Source: Deltaproteobacteria bacterium (GTDB lineage Bacteria; Desulfobacterota; GWC2-55-46; JAUVFY01). Taken from it: 31,834 nucleotides of DNA. Every line of letters begins with the position of its first letter. Within the stretch, counting starts at the first letter, position 1. Below the pieces are notes generated by a model. That model was not told the origin of the DNA, did not search any database, and saw nothing but the letters and a program-made list of their open reading frames with translations. Shown here piece by piece: positions 25,666 to 31,834 of the stretch. The stretch is taken from the NCBI GenBank assembly GCA_030594025.1, contig JAUVFY010000001.1, forward strand, positions 1-31,834, written 5' to 3'. Made by a program: the position numbers and the translations under genes.

Positions 25666-26931
25666 ATGAAAATCGCAAGGGTAGTTTTTTTGGTCTTCTT
25701 TTTCTTCCTCTTCACGGTGGTCCCGGACTCAGGGGCGGACGAGCTCTCGGACCTTAAAAAGGCGGTCGAGGAGCAGGAAAGAGAGCTTCAAGAGTTAAGG
25801 AAGAAGGTCGAAGAGCTGGAGAAGAAACGCCTTGAGGAAGAAGATGCTGAGAAGAAGATGGATGTAAGGGAACATGAAGAGCTCAAAAAAAAGGTCGAAG
25901 AGCTCGAGGAGAGAAGACGGCTCGAGGGGGAGGCGGCCAAGGAGATGAAGGAATTACTTCCCAAGTTCGGCGTGAACCTGGGCCTTTTCGGGGACATAAA
26001 TTATTCTTCTGAAAGCAGGGAGAAGAGAGTTGACACCTTTTCCCTGGGCAATGCAGCACTTTACTCTACCGCTGGCTACGGTGAGCGTTTGAACTTCCTC
26101 GCTGAGTTATTAATTGAGTTCGAGGAAGATAACGACGTGGAAGTCGACATGGAGAGGCTCTGGGCGGGCTACACAATAAACGATTTACTGATCATTCGCG
26201 CGGGCAAGTTCCACACGCCAGTAGGCTACTGGAACAAGACCTTCCATCACGGAAAACACCTCTTTCACACGGTGGAAAGGCCGTTTTTTATTAAATTCGA
26301 AGACGATGAAGGCATAGTTCCGGTACATTTAATAGGGCTTGAGTTCTCAGGGAGCGCCGACATCGGGCCGGCGAAGGCCAAATACTGGCTCATGGTGGGA
26401 AATGAACCTGTAATAGAGAACGGCAAGCTTAAGCCGAGCAATACAACCGACGACGACTCCTCCAAGGCGCTTGCTTTCAGGGTCGCGTTGAGCCCGAAGA
26501 GGCTGCCGGGTCTGTCCGTGGGCCTCTTTTTTACGCATTTCCCCGTGGAGACCACCCTCAAGCCCGGGCTCGACGAAAACATCTACGGGCTGGACGTGCA
26601 CTATGAGAGGGCCGGGCTGGAGTTCTTAGGCGAGTACTACTTCTTCGACAACAGCGTGGCCTCTGCAAACGCGTTCTACGCCCAGCTGTCTAAAGACTTA
26701 GGTCGATTTACACCGTATACGAGGTTCGAATGGCTCGACGTGGATAGTGACGACCCCTACATGAGCGACCTTAACGGCGCTTTCGACAGGTCGCAGTTCA
26801 TAGGCGGTTTGAGGTTCGATATAGATCTCCTGCACTCGAGCCTCAAGGCCCAGTACCGTCACGACGACGATAGAGGCCCTGCAGACGATGACTTCGACAT
26901 CTTCGAGGCCCAGTGGACATTTCATTTTTAA
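25666..26931 (+). CDS. Putative outer-membrane beta-barrel (porin) with an N-terminal coiled coil
   Basis: Signal peptide, charged heptad repeats, amphipathic strands, RAGKFHTPVGYWNKTFHHG, and a C-terminal aromatic beta-signal EAQWTFHF. GAGGT RBS before ATG 25666. Confidence 0.85.
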   Translation: MKIARVVFLVFFFFLFTVVPDSGADELSDLKKAVEEQERELQELRKKVEELEKKRLEEEDAEKKMDVREHEELKKKVEELEERRRLEGEAAKEMKELLPKFGVNLGLFGDINYSSESREKRVDTFSLGNAALYSTAGYGERLNFLAELLIEFEEDNDVEVDMERLWAGYTINDLLIIRAGKFHTPVGYWNKTFHHGKHLFHTVERPFFIKFEDDEGIVPVHLIGLEFSGSADIGPAKAKYWLMVGNEPVIENGKLKPSNTTDDDSSKALAFRVALSPKRLPGLSVGLFFTHFPVETTLKPGLDENIYGLDVHYERAGLEFLGEYYFFDNSVASANAFYAQLSKDLGRFTPYTRFEWLDVDSDDPYMSDLNGAFDRSQFIGGLRFDIDLLHSSLKAQYRHDDDRGPADDDFDIFEAQWTFHF

Positions 26932-26944
26932 ACTGGAGAATCTG

Positions 26945-27388
26945 ATGAGGCTTTTTCTTATTTTATTCTTCCTTTTTCTCCAGCCCTATGCATATGGAGC
27001 GGAAAAAGAAGGCCTAATCGTGATAGTAAACGAGAAAGGGCCTCTGACAGAGGCCAGCATGGAAGAAGTACGGGATGTCTATCTCGGTGAGAAGAGGTTT
27101 GTCGAAGGTACGAGGCTCCTGCCCGTTAACTTTACCGAGGGACCGCTAAAAGACCTTTTCCTTAAGAAGATCGTGGGTATGAGCTCGAAGGAATATAAGC
27201 ACCACTGGATTAGGAAGGTCTTCCAGGAGGGGCTCACCATCCCCACCACAATGGGGAGCCCCATTGCTATCATAGAGTTTGTTGTTAAGGAGAAAGGTGC
27301 GGTGGCCTATCTACCGGCTTCATGGGCAGAGGCCATCCTGTCCGGGATCGCAGATGTCACAGATAAGATTAAGATTATAGGGCCATGA
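26945..27388 (+). CDS. Small secreted periplasmic-binding-protein-like protein, copy 2
   Basis: GGAG RBS, signal peptide, and about 55-60% identity to copy 1 by hand alignment. Both end IKIIGP. Confidence 0.8.
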   Translation: MRLFLILFFLFLQPYAYGAEKEGLIVIVNEKGPLTEASMEEVRDVYLGEKRFVEGTRLLPVNFTEGPLKDLFLKKIVGMSSKEYKHHWIRKVFQEGLTIPTTMGSPIAIIEFVVKEKGAVAYLPASWAEAILSGIADVTDKIKIIGP

Positions 27389-28977
27389 AATTAAAGACAG
27401 GTATAAAAAGGAAGATTCTGGGCTCTTTCTTGGGCACCTTTATTGTATGGACGGTCATCATCTCCACGTTCATATTCTGGTCGTACTTTGTCATAGGGGG
27501 TCTCATCGGTACGGTGGGTGTGATGGACACCATCTCCCAGCAGGCGGAGGTAACGGGCGAGCTGAGGTTACAGCTTCAAAAGCTTCTTAAGACCTCCGGC
27601 GATTACCTTATAACAGGGGACATAGAAAAGAGGGACGAATTCGACACCATAGTCACGAGGATATCTATCCTTTTAAGCGCGCTTGAGGAGCTAACGAAAG
27701 AAGTGGAACAGGTCGTCGAAGAGCGGCGATACCCGCTTCAAAAAATCAGGGACGGGTCCATGAAATTAAGCTCCATGACAGTTGAGCTGATGTATCTCGA
27801 CGACCCGGTGGGCAACATTGAGGCTGCAAGGCTCATGGAGGAGGCCACGGCCTTCGGTGAAAGGGTTATAGTCGATGCCGAGGAGTTCCACAGCATAGCC
27901 GAAGTGGATAGAATTTTGATGATCGAGGAAACATCTCTTAGCATCTCCCGGACAAAGACCTTTCTTTACATACTCCCCCCGCTGGGGCTCTTTGCATTCA
28001 TCATGCTCTATCTTTACCTGCGGTATTACATAACAAATCCCCTTACCGAGTTTTACAAGGGTGCGGACAGGGTAGCAAAGGGGGACTTCGACCACTCCGT
28101 GGATGTAAAGACCGGGGACGAACTGGAGGGCCTGGCAGACGGGTTCAACAGGATGGCCTCGGCACTTAAGGAAAGGGAGGCGAAGCTTCTGAGTCTTCTC
28201 AAGGTGGCGGACAAGATTAACGAAGAGCTTATAGCCGCAAGCCAGCACAAGTCCTCCTTCCTCGCGAACATAAGCCATGAGCTCAAGACCCCCTTAACCC
28301 ATATATTGGGTTTTTCGGAACTCTTGAAGATGGAGGCGGGGGGCAAGCTCCCGGATACATACCGCAGGTACGCGGACTACATCTATAAGAGCGGAAAAGA
28401 CCTTTTGGAACTTATAAACTCAATGCTCGAGGTAACGCGCGCCTCCGGTGTTGCCGAACCCGAGTTGAAGAAGTTCCCTGTGAACAAGGCCATCGACGAA
28501 GTGGTGAAAAAGATAGGTTCCGATGCCGACAAGAAAAAGCTGGACTTTAAGGTGGAGGTCGACAAAGAACTGGGTCTTTTAAAGGCCGATAGAAATATGT
28601 TCAGCCAGATCCTCACGAGCCTGCTTTCCAACGCCATCAAGTTCACGCCCAAAGGAGGCTCCGTAAGGCTCGTGGTGTCGCAGACGGTTGAAGTCGAGGA
28701 GAGGGTCCTGAAGATGGTCGTCGAGGACACGGGCATAGGGATAAGACCGGAGGACAAGGAGACCGTCTTCGAATCCTTCGAGGTCGGGGACCTGACCCCT
28801 ACCAGGGAGTTCGGTGGACTCGGCATAGGGCTCGCCCTTACAAAGAGGTTCGTGGAGTTCCACGGCGGAAAGATAACCATCGAGAGCGAGTTGGGCAAGG
28901 GCTCCACCTTCGTTGTGCTCTTGCCCATAGGTAGAGTAGAGCCCGTAGGCCATGAGGAGGCTGAGAGTGAAAAATGA
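27385..28977 (+). CDS. Membrane sensor histidine kinase (periplasmic helical domain, HAMP, HisKA, HATPase)
   Basis: Two TM helices, HAMP (GDELEGLADGFNRM), H-box FLANISHELKTPL, N-box LLSNAIKFT, DTGIGI and GLGIGL G-boxes. Confidence 0.96.
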   Translation: MKLKTGIKRKILGSFLGTFIVWTVIISTFIFWSYFVIGGLIGTVGVMDTISQQAEVTGELRLQLQKLLKTSGDYLITGDIEKRDEFDTIVTRISILLSALEELTKEVEQVVEERRYPLQKIRDGSMKLSSMTVELMYLDDPVGNIEAARLMEEATAFGERVIVDAEEFHSIAEVDRILMIEETSLSISRTKTFLYILPPLGLFAFIMLYLYLRYYITNPLTEFYKGADRVAKGDFDHSVDVKTGDELEGLADGFNRMASALKEREAKLLSLLKVADKINEELIAASQHKSSFLANISHELKTPLTHILGFSELLKMEAGGKLPDTYRRYADYIYKSGKDLLELINSMLEVTRASGVAEPELKKFPVNKAIDEVVKKIGSDADKKKLDFKVEVDKELGLLKADRNMFSQILTSLLSNAIKFTPKGGSVRLVVSQTVEVEERVLKMVVEDTGIGIRPEDKETVFESFEVGDLTPTREFGGLGIGLALTKRFVEFHGGKITIESELGKGSTFVVLLPIGRVEPVGHEEAESEK

Positions 28978-30083
28978 AATTACAGTCAGGGTATAGGGGT
29001 ATTTTCGCCCTGACCGTTTTAGTCTTCTTTTCCGGAGCCGCACTTTCTTACGGAATCCCCTTCAAAAAAAGACAAACGACCTTTTATGTCACCACCCTGG
29101 CCGGCACGGGTGTGAAGGGCCATGAAAACGGAAGCCCCGACAGGGCGAGCTTCAACTGGCCTACAGGGGTGGCCGTTGCCCGCGACGGTACCGTATACGT
29201 GGCCGATTTTTCAAACAACGCCATAAGGAAGATCGACCCCGGCGGCAATGTTACGACTTTTGCAGGCTCCGGAAGGCAGGGACACAAGGACGGGAAGGGT
29301 ATAGATGCGCTATTCCACGGTCCCGATAACATGGCCATAGACCCGGAGGGCAACTTATTCGTCGCCGATGCGGACAACTTTAGGATTAGAAAGGTCACCC
29401 CCGACGGGACCGTTACCACGGTAGCCGGAAACGGTTCATTGGGTTACAGGGACGGATTGGCTCACGTTGCCATGTTCGGCTACCCCACGGGCATAGCCGT
29501 GGACATTGAAGGAAACCTCTATGTGGCAGACAGGCGGACCCATACGGTAAGAAAGATAACCACCGAGGGCATGGTCATGACTATCGCTGGAAACGGCCTG
29601 GCAGGCTACGCCGACGGAAAGGGCAAGGCCTCCCACCTGAGGGAGCCCATAAGCGTTTCCGTAAAGAGTGACGGTACGGTCTATGTCGCCGATTCGGGTA
29701 ACAACGTCATAAGGGAGATAGCCCCGGACGGTACCATAACGACACTTGCCGGGTCAAAACGTCCGGGTTACAAAGACGGTACCGGAAGGGATGCGCGGTT
29801 TAACTGGCCCACCGGCATAGCCGTAGACCCCTCCGGTAACATCTATGTCTGCGATTCGAATAACAACAAGATAAGGCGCATAACGCCGCTCGGTGTCGTG
29901 AGCACAATAGCCGGCGGGACGCTGCCCGGCTCAGCCAACGGCCCCGGCTGGCGCGCGAGCTTCAAATTCCCCACGGGCATATGGCTCGACGGGAAAGGAA
30001 ACATCTATGTCGCGGACTCGGGCAACAACATGATAAGAAAGATAACACGGCAAAGCTCGCTGGAGGCCCACTTAAGGGATTAA
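28974..30083 (+). CDS. Secreted NHL-repeat six-bladed beta-propeller protein
   Basis: N-terminal hydrophobic signal and six F..P.G.AVD..G.(L/I)YVAD..N..IRKI repeats. Confidence 0.9.
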   Translation: MKLQSGYRGIFALTVLVFFSGAALSYGIPFKKRQTTFYVTTLAGTGVKGHENGSPDRASFNWPTGVAVARDGTVYVADFSNNAIRKIDPGGNVTTFAGSGRQGHKDGKGIDALFHGPDNMAIDPEGNLFVADADNFRIRKVTPDGTVTTVAGNGSLGYRDGLAHVAMFGYPTGIAVDIEGNLYVADRRTHTVRKITTEGMVMTIAGNGLAGYADGKGKASHLREPISVSVKSDGTVYVADSGNNVIREIAPDGTITTLAGSKRPGYKDGTGRDARFNWPTGIAVDPSGNIYVCDSNNNKIRRITPLGVVSTIAGGTLPGSANGPGWRASFKFPTGIWLDGKGNIYVADSGNNMIRKITRQSSLEAHLRD

Positions 30084-30092
30084 CTGCAAGCC

Positions 30093-31834
30093 ATGGACAA
30101 AGCTCAGTTTTCCCTCAACCCGGAACAGCTCCAGGCGGTGGAATACACCGAAGGCCCGCTCCTTGTCGTGGCCGGTGCGGGCACGGGGAAGACCGCCGTG
30201 GTTACCCGCAGGATCGCACGCCTTATCGAACGGGGTGTGGCCCCCGAGCGGATACTGGCCCTTACCTTTACCGAGAAGGCCGCCTCTGAGATGGAAGAGA
30301 GGGTGGACAGGCTCGTTCCCTACGGGTACTCGAACGCCTGGATATCAACCTTCCATTCCTTCGGGGACAGGGTCTTGAGGGATAACGCGCTCAAGCTCGG
30401 CCTGGTCCCGGACTTCAAGGTCCTGACCGAGGCCGAATGCGTCATATTCTTAAAGGAACACCTTTTTGAGCTTCCCCTAAAGTACTTCAGGCCGGCCGGA
30501 GACCCCACCCGCTACCTCTCTGCCCTTGTAAAGTTCATAGCAAGGCTCAAGGACGAGGACGTCTCCCCGGGGGATTTTTTAAATTTTTGCGAGAGTCTAA
30601 AAAATACGGAAGGTGTGACCCCGGACTATATCCAGGAGCAGACAGAGCTCGCCCGGACATATGCCGCGTACCACGAACTCAAGCTCAGGCACGGGTACCT
30701 GGACTTCGGAGACCAGTGCTCACTGACGCTGAAACTCTTCCGCACAAAGCCCGCCATATTAAACCGCTACCAGGAAAAGTTCCTCTACATACTCGCCGAC
30801 GAGTTCCAGGACACAAACTACTCCCAGTTCGAGCTCCTTAAGCTTCTGGCCGGCGAGAGAAAAAACATAACCGTCGTTGCCGACGACGACCAGAGTATTT
30901 ACAAGTTCCGCGGCGCGGCGATAAGTAACGTCCTTGGCTTCATGGACGTCTACCCTGAGGCCAAACGTATAACGCTCACTAGGAACTACAGGTCCGTTCA
31001 GCCCATACTCGACAGCGCCTACAGGTTGATTGCCCACAACAACCCCGACAGGCTCGAGGTCAAAAACGGGATAGATAAAAGGCTCGCCTCGGTGAGGAAG
31101 GCAGGCGACGGTGGTGGCGTAAGGCACTTACACTTCGACACCCTCACGAAGGAGGCGGAGTTCGTGGCCAGGACCATAAAAGAGAGGGTCGAGGGCGGGG
31201 TACCGTTGAGGGACTTTGCCGTACTGGTAAGGGCAAATAACGACGCGGTGCCTTTCTTGAGGGCCCTTTGTGAGAAGGCCATAGCACACCGTTTTTCCGG
31301 CTCGAGCGGCCTGTACTCGACCGACGAGATAAGACTCCTCATAAGTTTCCTGAAGGTCATAACCGACCATACGGACAACTTGAGCCTGTTTCACCTCGCA
31401 AGCTCCCCCGTTTACGGCCTCACGGCAAAAGACATAGTGCCCTTGAATAACATCTCAAAGAGGACCCATACCTCGCTTCATAAAATTATGAGGGATGCGG
31501 CAGCGGGAAAAGACGTCAGGGCCGAACTTTCTCAAGAGGGTCTTGAAAGGATAAAGAGGCTCACAGAAGACATAGACCGCTTGAGCGAGATGGCGCTAAA
31601 AGAGGCCACCGGAAGGGTCCTCTATTCCTTCCTGACCGAGACCGGCTATATCTCAAGGCTCTCAGAGGCCGGCTCCGAAGAGAGTGTGGATAGGATCCGA
31701 AACATCGCGAGGTTCTTTGAAATCACAACCCACATCGAGAACACCCTTTCCATAAGGAAGGTCTACGCCCTCGTCGAGCACCTCACACTTCTCATGGAGG
31801 CAGGTGACGACCCGGCGACCGTAGAGACAGACCC
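30093..31834 (+). CDS. UvrD/PcrA/Rep superfamily 1A DNA helicase, 3'-truncated by the window end
   Basis: Missing from the ORF track because there is no stop. Hand translation: LNPEQLQAV, VVAGAGTGKT, LTFTEKAASEM, TFHSF, ADEFQDTN, DDDQSIYKFRGA, RNYRS. Confidence 0.93.
   Translation, partial: MDKAQFSLNPEQLQAVEYTEGPLLVVAGAGTGKTAVVTRRIARLIERGVAPERILALTFTEKAASEMEERVDRLVPYGYSNAWISTFHSFGDRVLRDNALKLGLVPDFKVLTEAECVIFLKEHLFELPLKYFRPAGDPTRYLSALVKFIARLKDEDVSPGDFLNFCESLKNTEGVTPDYIQEQTELARTYAAYHELKLRHGYLDFGDQCSLTLKLFRTKPAILNRYQEKFLYILADEFQDTNYSQFELLKLLAGERKNITVVADDDQSIYKFRGAAISNVLGFMDVYPEAKRITLTRNYRSVQPILDSAYRLIAHNNPDRLEVKNGIDKRLASVRKAGDGGGVRHLHFDTLTKEAEFVARTIKERVEGGVPLRDFAVLVRANNDAVPFLRALCEKAIAHRFSGSSGLYSTDEIRLLISFLKVITDHTDNLSLFHLASSPVYGLTAKDIVPLNNISKRTHTSLHKIMRDAAAGKDVRAELSQEGLERIKRLTEDIDRLSEMALKEATGRVLYSFLTETGYISRLSEAGSEESVDRIRNIARFFEITTHIENTLSIRKVYALVEHLTLLMEAGDDPATVETD

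Noticed and set aside
1-31834. tRNA, rRNA, CRISPR arrays, transposases, integrases
   Set aside because: No such signatures were seen on either strand by eye.

Overview
A 31.8 kb bacterial chromosomal window. The style of rpoZ, rfaE1 and DUF4416 suggests a Desulfobacterota/'deltaproteobacterial'-like organism (inference only). From left to right it holds: (1) the tail of an LPS/cell-surface cluster (partial membrane glycosyltransferase-like gene, WaaP-like kinase, NAD-dependent epimerase, rfaE1) and the housekeeping genes DUF4416-yicC-gmk-rpoZ, closed by a strong terminator; (2) an accessory block of small Cys-, Met- and His-rich proteins plus DUF72; (3) a minus-strand Opp/Dpp-type ABC transporter with an unusually long binding protein; (4) a consensus sigma70 promoter driving a ~260-nt structured leader and a lone receiver-domain protein; (5) cobamide genes cobQ, cbiB and cobD, interrupted by a PAS-PAS membrane protein, DUF4149, dodecin and a split alpha/beta ADP-forming acyl-CoA synthetase; (6) a c-di-GMP-I riboswitch, two mutually homologous hairpin/terminator leaders resembling ANTAR targets, and a module of porin, two small periplasmic binding-protein-like paralogs, a HAMP histidine kinase and an NHL beta-propeller; (7) a UvrD/PcrA-family helicase cut by the window edge. 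Block 6 is the best candidate for an undescribed system. I found no tRNA, rRNA, CRISPR array or transposase. All family calls come from motif recognition by eye, not from database searches.
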